Shown: positions 1-9,486 of the stretch, one piece after another
Numbering within the stretch: the first letter of the stretch is position 1
Layout: each line of letters starts with the position of its first letter
Assembly (NCBI GenBank): GCA_040904565.1
Contig: JBBDTI010000064.1
Coordinates: 39,770-103,769, forward strand
Direction: 5' to 3'
DNA: 64,000 nt
Source of the DNA: Rhodothermales bacterium
Lineage (GTDB): Bacteria > Bacteroidota > Rhodothermia > Rhodothermales > VXPQ01
The notes under the pieces: model-generated
What the model saw: only the letters and a program-made list of their open reading frames with translations
Databases searched by the model: none
Told to the model about the DNA's origin: nothing
Made by a program: the position numbers and the translations under genes

Positions 1-1177
1 CTCTGAAACCCGGTGCGAATCGCTCGATCTGCGCCTCGATGCGCTCCGTCACGTCCACCGTCGAACCGTTGGGCACGTGACAGTAGGCCCACAGCGTATG
101 CTTCCCCTCCGGCGCACGGCTCGCATCGAAGCGGCTGTGTTCGGCAGCGAGCACGTACGGACGCTCCGGATGGCGCCCTTTGGAGACGGCGCGCTCCGAT
201 GCGGCGATCTCCTGCAGCGAACCGCCGACGTGCACCGTTCCCGCCCGGCCGCAGACCGCGGCCGACCAGGGCACGGGCTCGTCCATCGCGTAGTCGATCT
301 TAAAGACGCCCGGACCATATTCGAACCGCTGCAGCCAGCGTGTGTAGGCCGACGGCAGCGGCCGGTCCGTCATATTGAAAAATTGGCGAGGCGTGACGTC
401 CAGCAGCACGGCGGGCGCCGACGGTATCTCACGCAGCTTCTCGACGCGCCGTCCCGTAACGATCTCGCCGCCCAGCTCCCGGAAGACGTGTCCGAGCGCC
501 TCGGCGATCTGCTGCGCACCGCCTTTCGGCATCGGCCAGCCCACGGCGTGTCCGGCCGCACCGAGCACCAACCCGATCGCCGATGAAGAGATCGCCTCGA
601 GCGGAAGCAACGAGTGCGCGGCGAGCCCCGCAAACAGTGCGCGAGCCTCCTCCGTTTCGAACGTCCGTCGAGAAAATCCTCTGGCCGGTTGGAGCGCCCG
701 GAGACCGAACCGGCCCATGAACAGCACATCGTCCGGCACCCGGAGAAGCGGTCGGAGGATGTTGCTCGTGAGACGGTCGAAATGCGTCACGAGCGGCTCC
801 ATCACGTTCCGGTACGACGATCCGTCCACTCCCAGACTATCGCACGTCGCGTCCAGCGAGCGCGAAAGAACGGCGGCACGCCCCCCATCGAGCGGATGAG
901 CCAGCGGCACCTCGGGGTGGATCCATTCGAGTCCGTATCGGCCGAGATCCAGGCTCCGGAAAAAAGGTGAGGCGACCGCCATCGGATGAATCGCCGAACA
1001 ACGATCGTGCACGAAGTCCGGCCGCGTCAGCTCGGCCGATCGCATCCCACCCCCGATCGTTTCGTTCGCCTCGACGAGCAGCACACCAAGCCCTTGCCGA
1101 GCCAGCCGCACGGCGGCGGCGAGCCCGTTGGGTCCCGCGCCGACGACGACCGCGTCATATCCGTTCTGCTTTTCCAT
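1..1177 (-). CDS. NAD(P)/FAD-dependent oxidoreductase, phytoene-desaturase (CrtI-like) family; C-terminus cut by window edge
   Basis: Missing from the ORF track because no stop codon lies inside the window. Hand translation of the reverse strand from the ATG (complement of 1175-1177) gives MEKQNGYDAVVVGAGPNGLAAAVRLARQGLGVLLVEANETIGGGMRS..., a GxGxxG FAD/NAD fold. The frame stays open to position 1 (...GKHTLWAYCHVPNGSTVDVTERIEAQIERFAPGF). The listed ORFs in 13-1652 do not look protein-like. Confidence 0.8.
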   Translation of the reverse strand, partial: MEKQNGYDAVVVGAGPNGLAAAVRLARQGLGVLLVEANETIGGGMRSAELTRPDFVHDRCSAIHPMAVASPFFRSLDLGRYGLEWIHPEVPLAHPLDGGRAAVLSRSLDATCDSLGVDGSSYRNVMEPLVTHFDRLTSNILRPLLRVPDDVLFMGRFGLRALQPARGFSRRTFETEEARALFAGLAAHSLLPLEAISSSAIGLVLGAAGHAVGWPMPKGGAQQIAEALGHVFRELGGEIVTGRRVEKLREIPSAPAVLLDVTPRQFFNMTDRPLPSAYTRWLQRFEYGPGVFKIDYAMDEPVPWSAAVCGRAGTVHVGGSLQEIAASERAVSKGRHPERPYVLAAEHSRFDASRAPEGKHTLWAYCHVPNGSTVDVTERIEAQIERFAPGFR

Positions 1178-1205
1178 CGACACCCCGCTTACCTCGTCGG
1201 ACTCA

Positions 1206-3167
1206 TCAGGTCGGAAATTGCTTGATATGCTCCGTAGGCGGCTGTTTGCCCGTACCCGCCGCAACGGGCGACGCTTCGTGAATGTAGAACCGGTCGTTGG
1301 GCAACGTATCGTTATGGCGGCGTGCCGCGGACGCCGCTTCCAACATCGACGCATCGGCGTTGTGACGCAGCTCGCCGATATTCTTCATGAAGTCGACCTC
1401 CATCAGGTCGAAGAGATGCTTGAACGCGGCGCGGTCCCGTTCGAACGCCGCGCCGGACGTCCCCCCGCGCAGCTGCGCATCCATCTTCGAGAGCGAGACG
1501 GACAGTGCAAACAGCATGATCGCGTTGTCGGCCAGGCGCGCCTGAACGGCCTGACGCTTGATGATCTCCTCCCGGTGCCTTTTACTCACCAGCTTAACGT
1601 GGTGCGCATGCTTCTGAATGAGACGGGACAGCCGGTCTCCGTACGATGCTAGGGCGGGGTGGATGGCATCGATACGAGGTGCCGGAGGCAGGATGCCCGC
1701 GAAGAGCTCAGCCGCAAGCGGCACGGCGCGTCGGAGTATGTCCGGATTCATAAGGTTCGATACGATGCGGGACAGATTTTCCGTGACGTCCTCCTCCTCG
1801 TCCCACCCTACGGCGTCCTGGACGCTCACCATCGACTCGGCCAGTTGCTTGCCTCCGTAACCGAAGATGAACGACTGCATCACCTCGTTCGACCCTTCCA
1901 CGATACGATGGATGCGGTTGTCGCGCCAGACGCGTTCCAGCTCATTCTCCGCCATATAGCCCTCTCCTCCCATCAGCTGCATCGCGTCGTCGATGACCTC
2001 CCAACCGTAGTGAGAGCAAAACACCTTCGTCGCCGCCGTCTCCACCATGATGTCCGTGTCACCGCGATCGAGCATGCCCGTCGTCATGTAGAGCATGGCA
2101 TCCATGGCATACGTGTACGCCGCCATCCGAGCGATCTTTTGCTGCACGAGCTCAAAGTCGGCCAGCGGCCGCCCGAACTGATACCGCGTCTGCACCCACT
2201 TGATGCTCTGATCCATCGCATGCTTGGCCGCACCGCCGACTCCGGCCGACAGCGTGCAGCGGCCGAAATTCAGACAGCTCAGGGCGACGACCAGGCCCTT
2301 ACCCTCCTTGAAGAGAAGATTTTCCTTCGGCACGCGCACATCCGTGAAGCGGATGCGTGCCTGCCAGGTCCCTCGGATGCCCGCCTTGCTGCGATTCTTC
2401 TCGAACACCTCCACCCCCTCCATGTCGGGCGTACAGATGAGAGCCGTGACGCCTTCCTTCTCCTCACCTGTTTCCGGATCGACGATCTGCTGCTTGGCCA
2501 TCACCGTAAAGAGGCCGCTGATCGCACCGGAGGTGCTCCACTTCTTCTCGCCGTTCAACACGTAATGTGAGCCGTCTTCCGACAGCACACAATAGGTCTC
2601 CTGACCGGCGGCATCCGATCCGGCGTTGGGCTCCGAGAGGCAGAACGCCGACAGCGTCTCGCGAGCTACCTGAGGCAGATAGCGGTCTTTCTGCGTCTCG
2701 CTGCCGAACAGCATGATCGCCTTGCAACCGATCGACTGGTGCGCCGACACGACGACCGCCGTCGAAGCGCAGTGTTTTCCGATCAGCTCTAGGACGCGGT
2801 TGTAGCTCGTCACGCCGAGACCCAATCCGCCGTACTTCTCCGGGATGGTCATTCCCATCACCCCGAGACCGAACAACCGCCTGATGACCCATTCGGGGAT
2901 ATATTCTTCCTGGTCGATGAGCACGGATGGATGCTCGTCGTTCAGGTAGGCGCCAAGCCGATCCATGAGCGCGTCACAATCGCGGCGCTCCGACTCGGAC
3001 ACTTCCGGATACGGCAGGACCAGATCACCCCGAAAGCGTCCCCAGAACAGATTTTTAATGAACCCCATCCGCCCTGGCTCAGGCCCGAGCATGGTCTCGA
3101 CGTCCCGCAGCATCTGTTTGTCGGCCGCCGAGACGTTCTTGAGTGTCGTTAATTTCGATTCGGACAT
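1206..3167 (-). CDS. acyl-CoA dehydrogenase family protein (long form, 653 aa)
   Basis: Motifs IPEKYGGLGL, CLSEPNAGSDAAG, QFGRPLADFELVQQKIARMAAYTYAM and GGEGYM match the ACAD N, middle and C domains. There is an additional C-terminal helical extension of about 200 aa. Confidence 0.9.
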   Translation of the reverse strand: MSESKLTTLKNVSAADKQMLRDVETMLGPEPGRMGFIKNLFWGRFRGDLVLPYPEVSESERRDCDALMDRLGAYLNDEHPSVLIDQEEYIPEWVIRRLFGLGVMGMTIPEKYGGLGLGVTSYNRVLELIGKHCASTAVVVSAHQSIGCKAIMLFGSETQKDRYLPQVARETLSAFCLSEPNAGSDAAGQETYCVLSEDGSHYVLNGEKKWSTSGAISGLFTVMAKQQIVDPETGEEKEGVTALICTPDMEGVEVFEKNRSKAGIRGTWQARIRFTDVRVPKENLLFKEGKGLVVALSCLNFGRCTLSAGVGGAAKHAMDQSIKWVQTRYQFGRPLADFELVQQKIARMAAYTYAMDAMLYMTTGMLDRGDTDIMVETAATKVFCSHYGWEVIDDAMQLMGGEGYMAENELERVWRDNRIHRIVEGSNEVMQSFIFGYGGKQLAESMVSVQDAVGWDEEEDVTENLSRIVSNLMNPDILRRAVPLAAELFAGILPPAPRIDAIHPALASYGDRLSRLIQKHAHHVKLVSKRHREEIIKRQAVQARLADNAIMLFALSVSLSKMDAQLRGGTSGAAFERDRAAFKHLFDLMEVDFMKNIGELRHNADASMLEAASAARRHNDTLPNDRFYIHEASPVAAGTGKQPPTEHIKQFPT

Positions 3168-3461
3168 GTCAGGTGGTTGCGTTCAGTTGCTGGTGCCGCC
3201 GGTCGGCAAGAGGGCTCGTCGACCGGTAGCCGGTCTACCCCGTGCATCGATCGCCCGTGTCTGAAATAAGCATCTATAACCGTGCCGAACCCCACGCATG
3301 GGGCTTCCGGTCCCGCGTACGCCTTTGCAAGTACATGGCCGAAAGCGCTTCCGGTTTCTTCGATGTCGCTCTTTCGGAGAAAATTCTACGCTTCCTCGAA
3401 AGAAGCGGTCTGCCCAGTCCCTTTATTGATATCGTCTCTTCTCAGTGGATATCCTTCAATC

Positions 3462-4298
3462 ATGCCGACACCCACGTTTTCGGAGCGACTTCAGGCCGTT
3501 CAGCGCAGCACGTCGTCTGTGCTGTGCGTTGGACTCGATCCCGACCTGGACCGTCTCCCGAGGCACCTAACGGACGGCGCATCTCCCGCGGAGGCCGTCC
3601 TCACCTTCCATCGAGCCATCATTGAAGCCACGGCCTCCGTCGCGTGCGCCTATAAGCTCAACCTCGCGTTCTTCGAGGCTCTCGGAGCGGCTGGATGGGA
3701 AGCTATTCGATCCACCCTGGAGGCCATCCCGGACGACGTCCTGACCATTGCTGACGGAAAGCGCGGTGATATCGGTAATTCGGCCCGCTTTTACGCCCGT
3801 TCCACCTTCGAGCAGCTCGGCTTCGATGCATGCACCGTGTCGGGCTACATGGGAGAAGACAGCGTCACACCTTTTCTCCAGTACTCGGGGCGCGGCGTGT
3901 TCCTCCTTGCGCGGACGTCGAATCCGGGCGCGACCGATTTCCAGGAGATCTCCTGCGGAGAGGCTCCCTTTTTCGAACATGTCGTGCGAACCGCTACCAA
4001 ATGGGACGCCGACCTGCCCGGAACGCTCGGCTTCGTGGCCGGCGCCACCGACATCGACGCGTTGCGGCGCATTCGAGCGCTCGCTCCGACCGCTCCGCTT
4101 CTGATCCCCGGCATCGGCGCGCAGGGCGGCGACGCCGGCGCGGTGATGCGCGTGGCCGCCGCGCTCGGAGCGCCGGTCCTGATTAACAGCAGCCGATCGA
4201 TCATTTACGCCTCCGAAGGGCGGGATTTCGCCGAGGCGGCTGCTCGCGAAGCGGAATCGCTTCGTTCGCTGCTCGCAGGCACGGATATGCTTCCATAG
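3462..4298 (+). CDS. pyrF: orotidine-5'-phosphate decarboxylase (type 2)
   Basis: Contains LCVGLDPDLDRLP and ADGKRGDIGNSARFYA (the catalytic DxKxxD region). The ATG at 3462 (MPTPTFSERL) gives a typical 278-aa protein. The upstream extension in ORF 3282.. is not protein-like. Confidence 0.9.
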   Translation: MPTPTFSERLQAVQRSTSSVLCVGLDPDLDRLPRHLTDGASPAEAVLTFHRAIIEATASVACAYKLNLAFFEALGAAGWEAIRSTLEAIPDDVLTIADGKRGDIGNSARFYARSTFEQLGFDACTVSGYMGEDSVTPFLQYSGRGVFLLARTSNPGATDFQEISCGEAPFFEHVVRTATKWDADLPGTLGFVAGATDIDALRRIRALAPTAPLLIPGIGAQGGDAGAVMRVAAALGAPVLINSSRSIIYASEGRDFAEAAAREAESLRSLLAGTDMLP

Positions 4299-4313
4299 TC
4301 GCGAATCGCGCGC

Positions 4314-4365
4314 CTCGTGCTCGATACCTGGCTCGTGCGCGATGCCTGGCTCGTGCTCAATCCGG
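4314..4365. repeat. 18-nt tandem repeat x3 between pyrF and the DUF2851 gene
   Basis: CTCGTGCTCGATACCTGG (4314-4331), CTCGTGCGCGATGCCTGG (4332-4349), CTCGTGCTCAATCCGG (4350-4365). Confidence 0.85.
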
Positions 4366-4457
4366 CTGCTTCATGTGCAATCTTCCCTCCTTGTGAGCGC
4401 GAGAGGTTATGCCGGAGGCGACCGTGTGTCTTAGGGGGTAGAAGCAACCCCGCGGCC

Positions 4458-5852
4458 ATGCCATCTACCTATTTCTACGGATTTTCCGACGACGTTCTGG
4501 AAGTCGTCCTGCACGAACCGAAATCCGGACTCGTACCTGAAGCGCTCGTGCAGGACATCTGGCTGAACCGGCGGATCACACGTCGGGGACTCTCCACCAC
4601 GGACGGTACCTCGCTCGAGGTGCTGTACCCCGGGCGGCTGAACACCGACGCTGGACCCGACTTCCTCGGTGCGCGGCTACGAATGGGACCGACCCTGTGG
4701 AACGGCGCCGTCGAGATCCACGTGACGTCCGGGAGCTGGCTGGATCATCGGCATGGCGACGACCCGCGCTACAATGCGACCGTGCTCCACGTCACCCTGT
4801 ACGCCGATATGTGGACCGGGCGACTGCGGCGTGCCGACGGTTCGACCCTCCCGGAACTCGTGCTCTATCCCCTCCTCGAGGAACGCCTCCGGTCGCTCCT
4901 CCGTGCCTTCTACCTGCGCACGGAGCAGCGTATATACTGTGCCGGCGGATGGGACCGCGTTCCAGACGCCGTGCGCGCCCGATATCTCCGCGAGCTGGCA
5001 ATGGAACGTACGGTATCGCGCTCACGACGTTTTGCGTCCGGCGACGCGCACCAGGTGTTCTACGAAGCGACGTTTGCGGGGCTCGGCTATGCCAAGAATG
5101 CCCAGGCCATGCGCACGCTCGCGCAGACCGTGCCGCTCGAGGCATGCCGCACGGTGAGCGAATCCGCCGACATCGAGGCCCTGTATCTGGGTTGCTCCGG
5201 CTTGCTGCCCCAGCCGGCGGCTCTCCTGGAGGCCGATCGCGCGACGGCCGACTACGTGATGGAACTGCACGATCGGTTCGATCGCCTCCGACACCGGCTG
5301 GCACTTACCGCCATGCCGGCTTCATCCTGGCGCTTCTTTCGACTTCGACCCGCCAATTTCCCTCCGCTTCGAATCGCTCAGGCCGCGGCACTTCTCCGGC
5401 CGGATGGGCTTCCGCGGGAGGATCCGATGCCTCGGCTTTCGGCAGCTGCCCGCGTTCGTGAGCCGCTTGCGGCCCTGCGGGCCGTCTTCGATGTCAGGCT
5501 CGATCCATTCTGGGACGAGCATTTCCGGCTGGAGAAGCGTACGACGCCTCACAGCTCCAGGATCGGCCGCCAGCGGATCGATGCCCTGCTCATTAACGTC
5601 GTGGTGCCTGCGCTGCTGGCTCTCGCCCGCCAGGCCGGCGAAGACGACGAGGCATGCTGGCGGCTTCTGGAACAACTCCCCGCCGGAAGCGACGAGGTAA
5701 CCCGCCTGTTCGATGCCCTGGGCACGCGACCGGGCACGGCGGTGGACTCCCAGGGGCTCCATCAGCTCTATCGAACCCGTTGCTCGCAGGCACGATGCCT
5801 GTCCTGCCGGATCGGCGAAGAAGTCCTCGCACGAATCCCCCGAGATACCTGA
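4458..5852 (+). CDS. DUF2851 family protein
   Basis: From the ATG at 4458: MPSTYFYGFSDDVLEVVLHE...VQDIWLNRR...LEVLYPGRLNTDAGPDFLGARL...GAVEIHVTSGSWLDHRHGDDPRYNATVLHV. This is the typical N-terminal signature of the Bacteroidota DUF2851 family, recognised by eye. Confidence 0.75.
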   Translation: MPSTYFYGFSDDVLEVVLHEPKSGLVPEALVQDIWLNRRITRRGLSTTDGTSLEVLYPGRLNTDAGPDFLGARLRMGPTLWNGAVEIHVTSGSWLDHRHGDDPRYNATVLHVTLYADMWTGRLRRADGSTLPELVLYPLLEERLRSLLRAFYLRTEQRIYCAGGWDRVPDAVRARYLRELAMERTVSRSRRFASGDAHQVFYEATFAGLGYAKNAQAMRTLAQTVPLEACRTVSESADIEALYLGCSGLLPQPAALLEADRATADYVMELHDRFDRLRHRLALTAMPASSWRFFRLRPANFPPLRIAQAAALLRPDGLPREDPMPRLSAAARVREPLAALRAVFDVRLDPFWDEHFRLEKRTTPHSSRIGRQRIDALLINVVVPALLALARQAGEDDEACWRLLEQLPAGSDEVTRLFDALGTRPGTAVDSQGLHQLYRTRCSQARCLSCRIGEEVLARIPRDT

Positions 5853-5936
5853 TAGGTCTCGCTCCCCTTTAATCCGTTGCGGCGAGCCCCTATTTTAGCC
5901 GGGAGACGTTTCCAGATCCATCCAATCCGCCCCACC

Positions 5937-6248
5937 GTGCTCGTTCGCCTCGTACGCATGACGTTCCGTCCCGACCGGGTCGACACGTTTCTATCCATCT
6001 TCGACGAGTCGGCACCACGTATCCGGGTCTTCCCGGGATGCACGCACCTGGAGCTGCTGCAGGACCATACCTACCCGAACGTGCTCACTACGCTCAGCCA
6101 CTGGGATCATGACGATGCCCTGCAGCGCTACCGAGCCAGCAATCTTTTTCGAAGCACCTGGTCCCGCACCAAACCCCTCTTTGCTGCGCCGCCGGAGGCC
6201 TACAGTCACCATCTTCTCCGCGAACATCCCGTACCGGATCGGGCTTAA
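5937..6248 (+). CDS. antibiotic-biosynthesis-monooxygenase (ABM/Dabb-fold) domain protein
   Basis: VLVRLVRMTFRPDRVDTFLSIFDESAPRIRVFPGCTHLELLQD...LTTLSHWDHDDALQRYRASNLF is an ABM-like small ferredoxin-fold pattern. The start is ambiguous: GTG 5937, ATG 5958, or the ORF-track start 5877. Confidence 0.65.
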   Translation: MLVRLVRMTFRPDRVDTFLSIFDESAPRIRVFPGCTHLELLQDHTYPNVLTTLSHWDHDDALQRYRASNLFRSTWSRTKPLFAAPPEAYSHHLLREHPVPDRA

Positions 6249-6351
6249 TTCTCTATTGGACTGGCCGATACGTAGGATATAGTAGGTCACCCTAACCGGA
6301 GTCTCCGTATCTCCCCACGACGGAACCCCGCAACCGCCGTCCACGCCCTCC

Positions 6352-7257
6352 ATGCCAGAGACCCAGCGCATCACGCCGGCCACGCGCATCGACCGGAAAC
6401 CGAATTTCGATATTCGCTTTCCGCCCCTGCCCCGAACGGTCGCAGAGGTCACGAAGCTCGTTGCGGACAAGCGTGACGTGCCGGATACGCCCCGACTGGT
6501 CAGCGTCGTAAATTCCGACCCCGTCGTCGCGGGATCCGTCCTGCGTCGGATCAACTCGGCGTACTACGGCGTCCGTCGACGCGTCGGCGACATCCACAAG
6601 GCCGTGCATCTGCTGGGATTCGAAGAAGTGTGCGATATCGTCCTTACGTCGGGCATGATGCGCCTGCAGGACATTCTCAACTCCGGGGAGCAGGCGCGCA
6701 TCTTCGACCAGATCATGCGTATGAGCGTGGGCACGGCGTCGTTTTCGAAAAAGATCGCGGCACACCTGAATCTCTATCAGCAATCATCCGCATTTACACT
6801 GGGCCTGCTGCACACGTGCGGACGGCTCGTGCTCCTCTACAACCGGCCGGACGATTACGAGGCGCTGTGGTGCACGAATGATTACGGTTTCGCACCGACG
6901 GTTACGTCGGAGCAAATCATCTTCGGAACGGATCACGCCGAGCTGGGCTCCATGGCCGCTGACAGCTGGCATCTGCCCGAATTCGTGGTTAAGGTCATAC
7001 GACAGTACCTCACGCCGGGACATCTCGAGGACCACGAGCTACGGGTGCTTGGACTAACCCTGGCCGTGTCGGCCAATGCGTGCGAACGCCTCTGCCTGGA
7101 TCCCTCACTCACTGAAGCACGCTTCGAGCCATCCGCCGCACTCCACCTCCTCGCCAAAGCGACGCGCAAGAGTCCGGCTGAAATCGTCGAGGTCGTCGAA
7201 TCGAGCTGGCGTGAAGTGTTCGACTACACGCACAGCATGGTCGACCCCGAGTCATAG
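6352..7257 (+). CDS. HDOD domain signalling protein
   Basis: FPPLPRTVAEVTKLV...LVSVVNSDPVVAGSVLRRINSAYYGVRRRVGDIHKAVHLLGFEEV... followed by GTDHAELGSMAADSWHLPEF matches the HDOD/HD-like pattern. Confidence 0.8.
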   Translation: MPETQRITPATRIDRKPNFDIRFPPLPRTVAEVTKLVADKRDVPDTPRLVSVVNSDPVVAGSVLRRINSAYYGVRRRVGDIHKAVHLLGFEEVCDIVLTSGMMRLQDILNSGEQARIFDQIMRMSVGTASFSKKIAAHLNLYQQSSAFTLGLLHTCGRLVLLYNRPDDYEALWCTNDYGFAPTVTSEQIIFGTDHAELGSMAADSWHLPEFVVKVIRQYLTPGHLEDHELRVLGLTLAVSANACERLCLDPSLTEARFEPSAALHLLAKATRKSPAEIVEVVESSWREVFDYTHSMVDPES

Positions 7258-7272
7258 CAACCCGGAACCCGC

Positions 7273-7881
7273 TCAGTGCCCGTCAGCCCCGTCCGGACCG
7301 GCGACCACCTGCACCGGCATGTCCAGCCGAAAATCGGCCCGTAGGGCGGCACCCGACTCCACGCGCCGTACCACCTCATTCACGGTCAGCACGCTTCCGC
7401 GGTCCGCTATCCTCGGATAATACGGCGGAACGAGCGCATACGGACGAGCCTCGTCGATAGCTGACGACATCGCTGCTTCGCCGAAGGCATCGTAGACGTA
7501 GCGCAGCAGACTCTGATACCTGCCCCGAACCAGATGCCGAGCGCCGACGAGTGCTCCGTACACGCGGCTCAGCGTGCGATAGCCGGCGTCAGCCGAAAGT
7601 CGCGCGGCGGTCGCACCGTGTTCGTCCAGAGCCGCAGCGTGAGCCCGAACCAGCTCCGCGTAATGCGCGGCGACGGCCTCGAGTATCGGATGATCCGTCG
7701 CGGCCGATTCAAGCGCGCGGAGGTCTGCCCGGGCACGCGCTAAATCTTCCTCGAAGCGATCGAGAACGCGCTCGATCTGTCGATACGTTGCTGCTTCGGT
7801 TCCATATCCGCCGTACGACCGGCATCCGGAAACGAGCAGAAATACGATAAGGAGGACGGTCCACGTCCACTTGCGACTCAT
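7273..7881 (-). CDS. hypothetical lipoprotein
   Basis: The N-terminus MSRKWTWTVLLIVFLLVSGC has a lipobox-like signal peptide. The rest is helical and Ala/Arg-rich, and I recognise no family. Confidence 0.6.
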   Translation of the reverse strand: MSRKWTWTVLLIVFLLVSGCRSYGGYGTEAATYRQIERVLDRFEEDLARARADLRALESAATDHPILEAVAAHYAELVRAHAAALDEHGATAARLSADAGYRTLSRVYGALVGARHLVRGRYQSLLRYVYDAFGEAAMSSAIDEARPYALVPPYYPRIADRGSVLTVNEVVRRVESGAALRADFRLDMPVQVVAGPDGADGH

Positions 7882-7943
7882 AGGGTTAGGTAGCGAGAAC
7901 GGTTCGTAATTCGTCTTTCGGCCCGACCGAAGCCTGCCGTAGA

Positions 7944-9212
7944 TTAAATAATCGTGTCGTCCGGAATGTGAACGTTCTTGGGAATCACGACGATGCCGTC
8001 GCGGATGAAATAATCCTCCCCGTCATATTCATCGACGTTGTCGCGGTTTTTAATGATGCAGCGTTTCCCGATGCTCACGTTGCGATCGATGATGGCCCCT
8101 TCGATATACGATTCCTCACCCACACCAGGCCGGTCGGGGCCCTCCACCGGATCGCGCAAACCGGGGTCGTGCCACGGATAGTAGTCCGCCCCCATGAAGA
8201 CCGTGTTCTTGATCGTCGTATTGTTGCCGATGAACGATCGCAGCCCGATCACCGACTGCGATATCTGGCTATTAATGATAACGCTGGCCTCGCTGATCAG
8301 CGACTCCTGTACAAACGAGCTCACAATTTTTGCCGGCGGCAGAATGCGTGCGTTCGTATAGAGCGGCGCCGTCGCATTATAGATATCGTACTCCGGATAC
8401 CGTTTGCCAAGCATGAGATTGGCGTCGAAGAACGAACGAATCGTACCGACGTCGCTCCAGTACCCTTCGAACGGGTAGCTCGCGACGCGGCGGTTGGCGA
8501 TCGCCTTGGGGATGATTTCGTGTCCGAAATCGTGCTCCTCCGGATTTTCCTCAAGCATTTCCTGCAAGAGACCCTTATTGAACACGTAGATGCCCATCGA
8601 CGCCAGGAACGTGCGCCCCTGGTCCCGCATCTCCGTGCTGACGGGGCTGTCCTTCCCTTCCAGCTCGTCCTGGGCCGGTTTCTCGTGAAATTCCGTAACG
8701 ATCCCATCTTCGTCTGTCTTCAGGATCCCGAAAGCGGATGCCTCCTCCCCCCGCACCGGTATCGTGGCCAGCGTAACATCTGCCTTACTGTCTACGTGGT
8801 GCCGCAGCATCTTCCGATAATCCATCGTATAGAGCTGGTCGCCCGAAAGAATGAGCACGTGGGAATGGCGATACGGCTTCAGGTGCGGCATCGACCGCCG
8901 TACGGCATCTGCCGTACCCTGAAACCAGTCTTTCGACTCGGACGTCTGCTCCGCCGCGATAATGCTGACGAAACCCTCCCGAAAGCGATCGAAAGCATAG
9001 GAGCGCGCGATGTGCCGGTTGAGGCTGGCGGAGTTATACTGCGTCAGGACGAAAATCCTGTTGATGCCCGAATTGATAGAGTTGGAAACCGGAATATCGA
9101 TCAGGCGATACTTACCGCCCAGCGGCACGGCCGGCTTCGCCCGGTGCATGGTAAGCGGGTACAGACGGGTTCCAGCCCCGCCTCCGAGGATAACGGCCAA
9201 GAGTTCTTCCAT
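7944..9212 (-). CDS. glgC: glucose-1-phosphate adenylyltransferase
   Basis: N-terminus MEELLAVILGGGAGTRLYPLTMHRAKPAVPLGGKYRLIDIPVSNSINSG. Length is 422 aa, with a left-handed beta-helix C-terminal region. Confidence 0.95.
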   Translation of the reverse strand: MEELLAVILGGGAGTRLYPLTMHRAKPAVPLGGKYRLIDIPVSNSINSGINRIFVLTQYNSASLNRHIARSYAFDRFREGFVSIIAAEQTSESKDWFQGTADAVRRSMPHLKPYRHSHVLILSGDQLYTMDYRKMLRHHVDSKADVTLATIPVRGEEASAFGILKTDEDGIVTEFHEKPAQDELEGKDSPVSTEMRDQGRTFLASMGIYVFNKGLLQEMLEENPEEHDFGHEIIPKAIANRRVASYPFEGYWSDVGTIRSFFDANLMLGKRYPEYDIYNATAPLYTNARILPPAKIVSSFVQESLISEASVIINSQISQSVIGLRSFIGNNTTIKNTVFMGADYYPWHDPGLRDPVEGPDRPGVGEESYIEGAIIDRNVSIGKRCIIKNRDNVDEYDGEDYFIRDGIVVIPKNVHIPDDTII

Positions 9213-9280
9213 TCCAGATCACCTTACTAAACGTTCCCAAACGCGTTTTCGACAAAGTAACGATGCGCTCCGACTAATGT

Positions 9281-9353
9281 AGGGCCGTTGCAAGATTGTG
9301 CATCTCTCCGATGCACTCCGCGCTAATCGCTGCGAGATACGTCAGGATGCCTC
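9281..9353 (+). repeat. 73-nt repeat element, diverged copy X
   Basis: Ungapped alignment to copy B gives 52/73 identical positions (counted by hand), including the first 10 nt AGGGCCGTTG and the block TGCACTCC. Confidence 0.7.
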
Positions 9354-9486
9354 GACCGATCATTGAAACACCTTCTCGCCTCCGACGGTACACAACGCTC
9401 GTGCCTCGTGCATTAAGTCGACGTTTGAATACACGCCGACTTGCTTCACGAGGTGCTGGAAGCGCCTTTCCGCAGTACCCTGTCTC

